Source: Acidobacteriota bacterium
GTDB lineage: Bacteria > Acidobacteriota > Terriglobia > 20CM-2-55-15
DNA: 64,000 bases
Direction: 5' to 3'
NCBI GenBank assembly: GCA_003222815.1
Contig: QHXC01000418.1
Location: 111 to 64,110 of the forward strand
This document shows positions 37,548-46,122 of this stretch, piece by piece. The position numbers and the translations under genes are program-made. The notes beneath the pieces are model-generated. The model searched no databases, was not told the DNA's origin, and saw nothing but the letters and a program-made list of their open reading frames with translations. Numbering within the stretch: the stretch's first letter is position 1; every line of letters begins with the position of its first letter.

Positions 37548-38345
37548 ATGAAGCTTTGTGTCGTCATCCCAGCACATAACGAACGCGAGAACATTGAACC
37601 GACTGTCCAGGAACTGCGCAGATGTCTCGCATCGGAGTCCGTTACCCATGAGATCCTCATCATCAACGACCATTCAACTGACGGAACGGAAGCTGTGCTG
37701 GTTCGACTGTGCAATAAATTTCCAAGCATTCGATACCTGAACAACCCGTATTCACCAGGTTTCGGTTTGGCTGTACGTTGCGGCCTGGAGAACTTCACGG
37801 GCGATGCCGTTGCTCTTTACATGGCAGACGCCTCCGATCGCCCGGAGGATCTGGTGACCTTTTTCCGAACAATGATGATCGAGGGAGTCGATTGTGTGTT
37901 TGGATCGCGATTCAGTAAAGGCGGACGGTTGGTGGATTACCCATTTCCAAAGCTGATCTTTAACCGCCTCGGGAACCATTTCGTGCGATTACTTTTCCGT
38001 CTTCGCTACGACGACGTTACGAATGCCTTCAAGCTTTACAAGCGCCACGTGATCGAGGGCGTAAAGCCTATCCTGAGCCAGCACTTTAATCTCACCGTCG
38101 AGCTGCCTCTGAAAGCCATCATCCGCGGATACAGCTACTCGATCGTCCCCAACCAGTGGGTCAATCGGAAGACGGGTGAGTCTAAATTGAAAATCAAGGA
38201 AATGGGATCTCGTTATCTCTTCATCGTCCTTTACTGCTTTATCGAAAAGTGGCTCTCACGCGGCGATTACCACTCCAGAGCCACTCCTTTTCGTCACGCG
38301 GAAGGAACGAAGTCCGAAGCAGCGGGAAAGAGCAACAAGGTTTAA
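37548..38345 (+). CDS. GT2 family glycosyltransferase, polyprenyl-phosphate sugar synthase (DPM1/GtrB/ArnC-like), no TM anchor
   Basis: LCVVIPAHNERENI...ILIINDHSTDGTEAV...VFGSRF matches the DPM1-like GT-A signature. Confidence 0.8.
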   Translation: MKLCVVIPAHNERENIEPTVQELRRCLASESVTHEILIINDHSTDGTEAVLVRLCNKFPSIRYLNNPYSPGFGLAVRCGLENFTGDAVALYMADASDRPEDLVTFFRTMMIEGVDCVFGSRFSKGGRLVDYPFPKLIFNRLGNHFVRLLFRLRYDDVTNAFKLYKRHVIEGVKPILSQHFNLTVELPLKAIIRGYSYSIVPNQWVNRKTGESKLKIKEMGSRYLFIVLYCFIEKWLSRGDYHSRATPFRHAEGTKSEAAGKSNKV

Positions 38346-38389
38346 GGGCAGGATGTTGCGCCAACCTTTCGGCTGAGCCTGTAGTCGCG

Positions 38390-38408
38390 GGCTTTAGCCC
38401 GCGTTCGC
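38390..38408. repeat. REP-like element half-copy (fifth locus)
   Basis: gtagtcgcgggctttagcccgcgtt. Confidence 0.7.
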
Positions 38409-38668
38409 ATCAACGAAACATGGCCACCTTCAACTGCAGATTTTAGGCTGAAGCTGTTTCAGAACCGGCCTTAGACGGGTTCCCTCGCGAGCATTGATTT
38501 CAAGTTGACAAGAGGCGCGCCAGTAGTATCCAGTAATATGTCGACGCTGTTCCCAAAGTCTGAGGCGGTGGGCGGAGAGGTTTACTCTTTGGCCAGTTTG
38601 CCCGTTGCCCTGTGGCCTTGCTTTTTTGCCCGCCAACTCAAATACCTTAAACGTTGAAAGGAAGCCTA

Positions 38669-39232
38669 ATGAACGAGCAGATCGCCCGACTCAGGAAAGA
38701 CTCTGCGCGGATATCGCGGCGTACCTTCTTCAATTCTGCCGGCGTCGCTAGCGCCGGATTGGTTGCCGCCTGTGCACTTCCAAGTTCTGCACAGGCGGAC
38801 AACGACAAAGACGACGACGACAAAGGCAAAGGCAAGAGCAAAGGCAAGGGCAAAGGCAGCGACAAGGACAGAGGCGAAGAGTGTTCCGAGGGTGTCGGTC
38901 CGTCCAGCGTATGCGAAATGCCGGACCCCATTCCCCACGTGTTCACGAATCCCTTTGGTAACTTCCATTTTTTCTTTCCTGCTCCCGTGGAAGGTACAGA
39001 CGCTCCCAACACCGATCCCACTGGCGCCCATGCTAATGGCCGCGATCCGTCGGTCATCTACAACTTCAGAGGACTTGTCGGTCAAGCCGATCTCAATTTG
39101 ACCGGTGCGGGCACAAATCTCAGCAACGGCGCCACCGCTCCGTACGTTTTCCACGCGGACATGCGATTCATGAAAGGCGAGTTCGTTGGCACCGACGGCA
39201 GCACTCGCCGAGGCGCGTTTGCGTTCATATGA
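38669..39232 (+). CDS. Tat-secreted hypothetical protein with D/K/G-rich low-complexity tract; ends at in-frame TGA that is followed in the same frame by 39233..39694
   Basis: ATG with GGAAG RBS. Tat motif SRRTFFNSAGVASAGLVAA. Low-complexity tract DNDKDDDDKGKGKSKGKGKGSDKDRGEE. Confidence 0.55.
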   Translation: MNEQIARLRKDSARISRRTFFNSAGVASAGLVAACALPSSAQADNDKDDDDKGKGKSKGKGKGSDKDRGEECSEGVGPSSVCEMPDPIPHVFTNPFGNFHFFFPAPVEGTDAPNTDPTGAHANGRDPSVIYNFRGLVGQADLNLTGAGTNLSNGATAPYVFHADMRFMKGEFVGTDGSTRRGAFAFI

Positions 39233-39694
39233 CTCGACAGTCTGCTGACAGCAGACGCGAGCCCGTTGGGCTTCCACTCGTATGACCCGGGCATCTTCCA
39301 AACAGGAGTGATGTGGGTTGCTCCCATTCCGGAAGACAACGTTCAGGCCGACTTGACGCTGGGCAACGCTTCTCTGCACGCCAGTAATATTTGTGTGCTC
39401 GACGCATTCACAGTCGCCAACAGCCTTGATCAAACCCATCCGTTGGGATTCCCGGTGGCAGCAGAGATACAGTCGCTCGATATCAAGTGGGCAGGAGTCT
39501 CGCGAAGGGTGTCGTTCAGTAATTCGACGGAGAAGTTCGCTGGAGATTTCGTCGAGAATTCCGCAACGATTGAGGTCACAGTGACGACGCTGACGAGTAC
39601 CGGCCATGGGTTCCGATTTGTTTCCAATCCGGCCAATACAACGGTCAGTCACTTTGCCCAGATCGCTCAGGAACGTAACGGCTCGTTCTTCTAG
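39233..39694 (+). other. same-frame continuation after TGA (154 aa, beta-rich); no independent RBS/start
   Basis: Codon 39230-39232 is TGA in frame 2, and ORF 39266..39694 is in the same frame 2. The first possible start is a TTG with no RBS. The palindrome GTCTGCTG-A-CAGCAGAC sits 6 nt after the TGA. Confidence 0.5.
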
Positions 39695-39786
39695 CGAGCC
39701 GTCCTGGGGAGAAACCCATAAGCAGGCGCCGCACGAGGGCGCTCACAATGCTGGCTGCTCCGGGGCTGAAAGTGTGTAAACGGTGA

Positions 39787-40695
39787 CTAGATCCTTGAGC
39801 CCACGGATTGCAACCCGGCGCTTGGAATTGAAGCGTAGACGACGATCGCCCCGGCGTTTCCGATAACAGAGTAATCGAAATGCTCGGCTGAACCGATGTT
39901 TCCGATCACCACCGGTCCCATGTGAATGCCGATACCGAGTTGGTGTATTCTCCGATCGCCACCCGTTGTCCGATGCGCGCCTTCCATGATGCGAAGGGCG
40001 CAAAGACAGCTTTGTATTGCCATGTCTTCACCATCAAACACACTCATGAGTCCGTCCCCTCCGAATTTGTCAACATAGCCTCGGTGTTCGTAGATCAAGT
40101 GAACTTGCATCCCAAGCTGAGCACTCACGAGTGAAAACAGTTCATCAGGGTCTAATTCTTCAGATAAAGCAGTGAATCCGCGAATGTCCGTGAAAAGAAT
40201 TACGACGTCGCGCTTCTTTGGTGATGGCAGGATTCCAGTCTGAGCTGCCTTCTCGGCAACTTCGCGTGTGCGTTTGGACACGTAGTGGTCGAGCATTCTT
40301 CGCGTGCTGCTCAGTTGCTTGGCGTACTCCGCTCGCTGAACATGACCGTTGAGTCTGGCTCGAAGGACCAAGGGATCGATCGGCTTGTTAATGAGGTCAT
40401 CGCAACCAGCTGCAAAGGCTTCCTCCAGGTTGCTCGTCGTACCCGTCACAAATACTATAGGTACAGCTTCGTATTCCTTGATCCCTCGGATCATCCGGCA
40501 CAGAGTGGTTCCGCTTGTTCCTGGCATATCGAGGTCCAGCAAGAAGGCATCAATTCGGTACCTCGACGCAGTAGCCATCGCGCTCTCCGCGCTATTCGCA
40601 TGCAGCACGTCGTACCCTTCGCGTTCGACCAGTTCGGCGATCAAACGCCTGACGGCTTCCTCGTCGTCAACGATTAGAACTTTTCGTCCTCTCAT
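39787..40695 (-). CDS. response-regulator receiver domain fused to class III adenylate/guanylate cyclase domain; cyclase C-terminus degenerate
   Basis: REC (KVLIVDDEEAVRRL...DLDMPGTSG). Cyclase (VVILFTDIRGFTALSE...GIHMGPVVIGNIG...DYSVIGNA). After GNA the frame-0 product is non-homologous. The expected C-terminal motif (GD...IRGLKDLVTVYTL) appears in another frame, and about 25 aa are missing. Confidence 0.7.
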   Translation of the reverse strand: MRGRKVLIVDDEEAVRRLIAELVEREGYDVLHANSAESAMATASRYRIDAFLLDLDMPGTSGTTLCRMIRGIKEYEAVPIVFVTGTTSNLEEAFAAGCDDLINKPIDPLVLRARLNGHVQRAEYAKQLSSTRRMLDHYVSKRTREVAEKAAQTGILPSPKKRDVVILFTDIRGFTALSEELDPDELFSLVSAQLGMQVHLIYEHRGYVDKFGGDGLMSVFDGEDMAIQSCLCALRIMEGAHRTTGGDRRIHQLGIGIHMGPVVIGNIGSAEHFDYSVIGNAGAIVVYASIPSAGLQSVGSRI

Positions 40696-40996
40696 TCGAG
40701 CCGTGTATCTGTGAATTGGATCATCCCACCGGGGAATCCCAGGTGGCCAAGAAACCTATTGATTCTCAAAACCGCGTCGCTGAGCCACTCCATCGATATT
40801 TATCAAACTTGTGCATAGATTGTCCCTAATAGTTTTCGTGTCACCTCTAGGCAGGTTAGCAATGGCACCGACGGCTCTCACCGAATCTGGCCATCCAACG
40901 GCGACAGCGTGGAACAGCGCGACAAGCGTCTGCAGTCAGCTCGTTAGTCGCTAAGGATTTTGTGAGCGGAGTTCTGCCGGTCTTCGAAAAATTCGT

Positions 40997-42106
40997 TCAT
41001 TGGCGTGCGAATGCTAATACGGCGCCATAAACGCCCTGGACAACCAACGCCATTCGAGAGTAGTCCAGCGTGTCCGCGGTGTCCCCTAACTTGTGGTAGT
41101 TGTGGTTGCGGTAAATCGCCGTATCGCTGACCATTACGGCGTTGTAACCCTGCTCCCAATAGTGCATGTGATCCGACCAGTCAATTCCTTCGATGGACTT
41201 GGGGCCGTTTAAGGAATGAACCGGCAGGACCGAAGCGCCGCGCATGGCTCTCTTCACGCGGCGAACGATGCGAGGCTGATCGAGGCTTCCGACCACGACG
41301 GCAAAATTGCCTTGCGATGGATAGAAGAGTTTCAGCGCCGAAAAAGGATAACGCTGGCTCCCATCCTCGTCTTTGAAATAGCCGATCATTTCCAGCGCGA
41401 TCATTGCACGAAGCGGGATTCCCTGTTTTTTGAGCGAACGGGCATGGACGGCGCTTCCCGCGTATGCGGCGCCCGGGCGGCTGCGAAAAAATGGCGGCTC
41501 TTCCAACGTATAGGCAACCAGCTCCACTCGCATGGGCAATGACGTCTTGCCCAAGAGATGTGCAAGTTCGATCAGTCCGGCGACGCCGCTCGCGTTGTCG
41601 TCTGCGCCGGGCAACTCCTGGTAAGCGTCATAGTGGGCGCCAACAACGATGCGTTCCCTCGTATCGGGCCCAAACGACGCGATGACGTTCCGGAAGGTGT
41701 GGATACACTTTTCTGCCATCGCGCGCAAGTCAGCCTCCTTGCCTGGGTCGAACCCCGCGGGAAAGTCCGGCGGAATGGTGTAAGGCTGTTCGGATACCGC
41801 CGCGCCAGCGAGTTCAAATTCATGATGAATGTAGGCTGCGACACGGTCCAGATTGTCGGGATGCGCGCAATTTCGAGGAAAGAATGTCTGGGATAGTATC
41901 CGGACATGGGTTTCGAGGCGAGTCGGCGCCGGAGCCGGTCCCTCCACGATTGGTTTTGAGAAGATGGGCTGCGTCACTGCAAACCACGCGGCTGCGCAGA
42001 GGAAAATCGCTCCAATTGCAAGAAGTGATACGACCATGACGCGCCCCTCCAGCGATCTAAGAGAAAACTTCCGAATGACGTCCGTCTCGTTTGCGCTTCG
42101 AGTCAT
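40997..42106 (-). CDS. M28 family zinc aminopeptidase (membrane-anchored)
   Basis: An N-terminal TM helix (VSLLAIGAIFLCAAAWFAV). The M28 core (GAHYDAYQELPGADDNASGVAGLIELAHLL...ALEMIGYF). Confidence 0.75.
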   Translation of the reverse strand: MTRSANETDVIRKFSLRSLEGRVMVVSLLAIGAIFLCAAAWFAVTQPIFSKPIVEGPAPAPTRLETHVRILSQTFFPRNCAHPDNLDRVAAYIHHEFELAGAAVSEQPYTIPPDFPAGFDPGKEADLRAMAEKCIHTFRNVIASFGPDTRERIVVGAHYDAYQELPGADDNASGVAGLIELAHLLGKTSLPMRVELVAYTLEEPPFFRSRPGAAYAGSAVHARSLKKQGIPLRAMIALEMIGYFKDEDGSQRYPFSALKLFYPSQGNFAVVVGSLDQPRIVRRVKRAMRGASVLPVHSLNGPKSIEGIDWSDHMHYWEQGYNAVMVSDTAIYRNHNYHKLGDTADTLDYSRMALVVQGVYGAVLAFARQ

Positions 42107-42373
42107 ACTCGCTCCAGTCCAATGCCCGCAAGCGCGAGAACCCGGGCGCCGCGCTCAAAGACTTCCCGAGGCAAGCCCAACGCCTGCTGGAGACGGTAGT
42201 TTCGCTCCAAAAGGTTTGTTTCTGAGAGTAGCGATAGAAGCTTCGCCGGCCGCAGCCGATTCCAGAAGACAAGCGGATTTGAGGGAAACGGTGTGTCGCT
42301 GCCGTAAATTGTCCTTTGGAGAACTTCACCAGTGTCGATCAGACGAGGCAAATTTCTCCAACGAAAAGAGCCT

Positions 42374-43369
42374 TTATGAACTCTCGAATAGCTGCTCCGT
42401 TTTCCATTGGCCGATTACGGCCCGCGTCACTGTGGCAATTTCGTTATCCCGGACGGGCATGCGGACCGCGGAATGACAGGTCATCACCGCGAGCGCTGCG
42501 AAATATCCGTTCTTGAGGTGCAAAATTCCAACATCATTTGCGATCGCGCCGAGACTGCCTGTCTTATGGCCGAAACTCTTGACGAAAACCCGCTGCTCTT
42601 TCAAGCCTTCGGCGATTCTGCGCTTGTTCGTTGCGCAGCGCTGCATATGAGAATAGACCAGCGCATATTTCGAATTCAGCGTTAGTAACTTCAGCAACTG
42701 GGCCATCGCGCGAGGTGTACAAGTCTCTTCTCCGGTACGAATCAGATGTTCTTCACGATCCGGCCGGCACCGAAATGCAGGGGTCATGCGACCGACGTTG
42801 GCGAGGATACGGCCGATCCCCTGAGTGGCTCGCGGATGATGCTCGTCCGTCACGTCACTCGGTTGAAGCGCGTAATAGTACGTGAGCAGTTCGTGCATCG
42901 TCCGCTTGATGGAGATTCCTTCAATCTGTAAGTCGCGAAGAAAGTTCGTGAGTGCGCCAATCCCGCCGAGTCGATGAAGTATCGCATCGGTTGCCGTGTT
43001 GTCACTGTGATGCAACATGAACGCCATAAGCTGATCAACGGTATGGGTGCGAACAATCTCAAAAGGCAAGAAATAGAATCGGTCGAGAGGATTACCAATG
43101 AGGCCAGGGGAGGCAGTTCGCGAGTGTATCCTGATTTTTTCGTCCACTGACAAAGTCCTATTTGCGATTTCGCATGCGATGAGCATTCCTATCGGAACCT
43201 TGACCACACTCGCCATCGGAAATCGGTCATCTTCGTTGAAGCCGATGTGAGCTCGCCTCTCGCCGTTGGGATCGAACAAGAGTGCAGAGACACCTAGCCT
43301 CCCGCTTGGTCCCAATCGTCTTTGGCAACTTTGGAAAACTTCTGGTGGGTCTTGCGCAACAGTGGACAT
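42374..43369 (-). CDS. class A beta-lactamase-like serine hydrolase (no signal peptide)
   Basis: SxxK (FPMASVVKV), SDN (HHSDNTATD) and KTG (HKTGSLG) motifs, in the canonical order and spacing. Confidence 0.7.
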   Translation of the reverse strand: MSTVAQDPPEVFQSCQRRLGPSGRLGVSALLFDPNGERRAHIGFNEDDRFPMASVVKVPIGMLIACEIANRTLSVDEKIRIHSRTASPGLIGNPLDRFYFLPFEIVRTHTVDQLMAFMLHHSDNTATDAILHRLGGIGALTNFLRDLQIEGISIKRTMHELLTYYYALQPSDVTDEHHPRATQGIGRILANVGRMTPAFRCRPDREEHLIRTGEETCTPRAMAQLLKLLTLNSKYALVYSHMQRCATNKRRIAEGLKEQRVFVKSFGHKTGSLGAIANDVGILHLKNGYFAALAVMTCHSAVRMPVRDNEIATVTRAVIGQWKTEQLFESS

Positions 43370-43382
43370 CCTGTGCCTCGAA

Positions 43383-44463
43383 TCACTGAAGGTTTAACAA
43401 TGCTTGGTTCAGCAGTTCCCTGCCTCGTTTCAATACGGACTCTCGCCAGGTTTCATCCTGTGGGCAGAAGGTTTCCTTCAGAATCCGCTTTGCCGGATGG
43501 TCGAGCGTCCCAGCGCCGTAATAGTGCCAACGGTTTTCTTCCCTCAACGCATGCAGCACCTTCGTCGCACTGTAAGTGCCAAACTCCTGCGTGAGGGCGA
43601 AAACCTTTGCCTTCGGCATGGCGCGGGCGAACATAGTGTTCAGAGCGCCTCGAACAGGATAGAATATCCTCTCGATAGTTTCCGATGCCGGTGTGCACAT
43701 CAATGGCAACGAGCCGCTCGACTGAGGTGAGCCGCTGGGCAAGGAAGGCCTGATATTTCTCACTCACTTCTTCCAAGCGTTTTCCTCCAAAAAACAGTCC
43801 TTTCGGGTATTCGTATTGGCCACCAACGACCGCCACTTTAAGGGCGGGCATGCCATGCCTGAGAACCAGCCAGCCGGCCCTGAGCGTATAGAGATCCATA
43901 GTTGGCGGGCTCTGGGGATTAAGAAACGAATCCAAGTTGGCATAAGTATCCGGTGCGCCGGCATATGGTTCATCGCCTAAGAAATTTCGGTTCAAGTCCA
44001 CATTGTTCTCATTGAACCGGCGGAGCCACGCCATCCCGTAGGGATTAAGCACATGGGCTACGATCAAAGCAGCATCTTTGGGAAGCGTTGGGAGATCGTT
44101 CAGGAGTTGAAGCTGAATGGCCGATCCCGCAAAACCCTCTACTCCGTGAAGACCAGAAGAGTGCAGAAGTACCGAGCGCGGATTTGCGGCGCCGAACCAG
44201 GCGATATCAATGCCGAGGCCTTCGCCGCTTGGTCCGTGGGCTTCCAATGGAATAGTTTCCAGTCGGCCGCCGGCAGTCGTTACTATCTCGCGAAAACGCT
44301 GTCTCGCTGTGAAGTAGTCAGGAGAAAAAACTTTTTCAGGCAGCTTCATATGGACCTCCACAGGCTTCTGGTAAATGTAGCGATGCATAATAAGCCAGAT
44401 AGATGATGCAGACACTAGTGTGAAAACCATGCCCGCAGCGAATTTTTCAATGGTTTTGGTCAT
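43383..44463 (-). pseudogene. M14-like zinc carboxypeptidase family (AstE/AspA/DUF2817-like) gene with a single frameshift near 43700-43760
   Basis: The start ATG at 44463 overlaps the upstream stop (ATGA). The N-terminal part sits in one frame (HSSGLHGVEGFAGS...NENNVDLNRNF...IDVHTGIGNYRED). The conserved C-terminal part (IFYPVRGALNTMF...FGTYSATKVLHALREEN...) sits in the frame of ORF 43383..43763. Confidence 0.6.
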
Positions 44464-45287
44464 GGGTTTTCTCCTAAGTTCGTGAAACTGAAGAGGAGGC
44501 CGAGGGCCCTCAACGTCCAGGAACGAGAAATGCTTTGAAGCAACTTGAAAACGGTTTCCTTGTGCTCGATCTCCTCGGCGAAGTGCCAGAGGAAGAGGCG
44601 GCGTAGCTCTCCGGTTCGAACGCCTTTCAGCAACTCTTGATCGAGAAAGAAGCTCGCGATCACCGCATTGTGATGTTCGATGGCCGCCGCCGTCGCCAAG
44701 TGAAGCTTTGGCGGAGTCAGGGGTTCGAGCAGATGGTAGGACCACCATTCGACAAACTTACGAAAGCTATCCAGGCTCAGACCATCGGCACGCATAGCCT
44801 TGAGGAGACGGCCGTGTTCGCGCGAATGCGACCCTTCCTGAAAGAAGAGTCTCTCCAGTTCTTCCCCCAGTTCAGGCGCGATCCTACTCAGATAGCGGCG
44901 GCAGCTCCTAATGATGAAGCGTTCGCCGCTGGGAATGAGAAGGGTGTACGCGTTGAGCAGTTGTGTGGTCAGCGGCTTTCCATCATACCAGACGCCGGAA
45001 GTGGAAAATCCGCATCGACGATATTCCTCACCGAAACAGCGTTGCAGATAGCGTCCCTCGCGTACCGCCATATTCCAGTTGAACGAAACCGCATAGAGCA
45101 ATGCCGCCGCGAACACACCTAACCCGTAGGGATAGCTCCGCGGCAATAACATGGGCGCTTGGTGAACCACAAACAGCGAAGCGCCAAGCTCGCATTGAAG
45201 AACGCCAAAATAAAGCGGATTGCCGTTCGATGATCTAGACCATCCGATAGGGGACCTGGACGACCTGATCGATGATACGATCCGCAC
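44460..45287 (-). CDS. ferritin-like / diiron-carboxylate protein (putative oxygenase), translationally coupled to downstream M14-like gene
   Basis: Paired E..H motifs (QEGSHSREHG; FAEEIEHKE) spaced about 55 aa apart, as in diiron four-helix-bundle proteins. The family call is tentative. Confidence 0.35.
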   Translation of the reverse strand: MRIVSSIRSSRSPIGWSRSSNGNPLYFGVLQCELGASLFVVHQAPMLLPRSYPYGLGVFAAALLYAVSFNWNMAVREGRYLQRCFGEEYRRCGFSTSGVWYDGKPLTTQLLNAYTLLIPSGERFIIRSCRRYLSRIAPELGEELERLFFQEGSHSREHGRLLKAMRADGLSLDSFRKFVEWWSYHLLEPLTPPKLHLATAAAIEHHNAVIASFFLDQELLKGVRTGELRRLFLWHFAEEIEHKETVFKLLQSISRSWTLRALGLLFSFTNLGENP

Positions 45288-46122
45288 GGCTCTTGAGCGT
45301 GGCTACACGCTTCAAGAACTTTGCAAACGCGTGCGGGAACGACTGCTGATCGTGCCACCGGACCACGTGCTCATCATCGAAGATGAGCCGGGAATGCGGC
45401 GACTCTTGCGCCAAGAGTTGTCGGACATGCTGCCACTGCTCACAATTGAGGCGACCTCTCCCGATAAACTTATCGGGAATCAGGGTCCAGTTATCGGCGC
45501 ACTGGTTGTGACTTTGCCGGGACGTGTGTGGAACCTCGTGGCCGGAAATCCTTCATGGATCCTGGCCAGTTGCGTGTCGAAGGTTTGGTGGGCATTTGGT
45601 GAGCAATACGACCCGAAAAGGGCAAAAACAGGCGAACACGGTGGCCCTAAACAAGCTCTTCCGAAATGGACGATGGCGATCTGGCATGCTAGCCCGGATG
45701 TCTCCAATGCACATCCGCTCAAGGAAAGTGACGTTACCATCTGTAAGCAACTCTCGGAACAGGCCTAACGCACGTTTTTTTTGAGTGTAGAATGTCGGGA
45801 TGGACGCTCCAGGAGCAGCCTTGGCGAAATCCTCGGCGTTCACCACAAACCAAACTCCGGCAAGAACGATGACCAGCGTTTGCGGCCGCCGCGTGCGATA
45901 TTCTCAGGTTCCTCATTTGTTCGCTCCTCTCCGTAACGTTCCAGGATTTTCTGCGCCACAAACTTGTTAGGAGGAGGCAAATTAGATCATTGACCGCCGA
46001 GGAAAGCAATTCGCGGGCTTATGATTTGTAACAACTCGCTTATTTGACCTGCTTGCCTTACCTCCGCGGCTGGTAATACGATACGCCTCGCTGCAGATAG
46101 CCCTGAAAAAACTGGAGGTGTT

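Noticed and set aside
39225-39300. Possible selenocysteine insertion (SECIS-like palindrome after in-frame TGA)
   Set aside because: Not adopted as the call. There is no Cys/Sec redox motif context, no sel machinery in the window, and the hairpin is short. Kept as a hypothesis in the findings.
38666-39652. ORF 38666..39652(-) 328 aa antisense to the Tat-secreted KG-rich gene
   Set aside because: The plus-strand reading has an RBS, an ATG and a Tat signal peptide. The minus-strand product has no features and its only apparent advantage is spanning the TGA.
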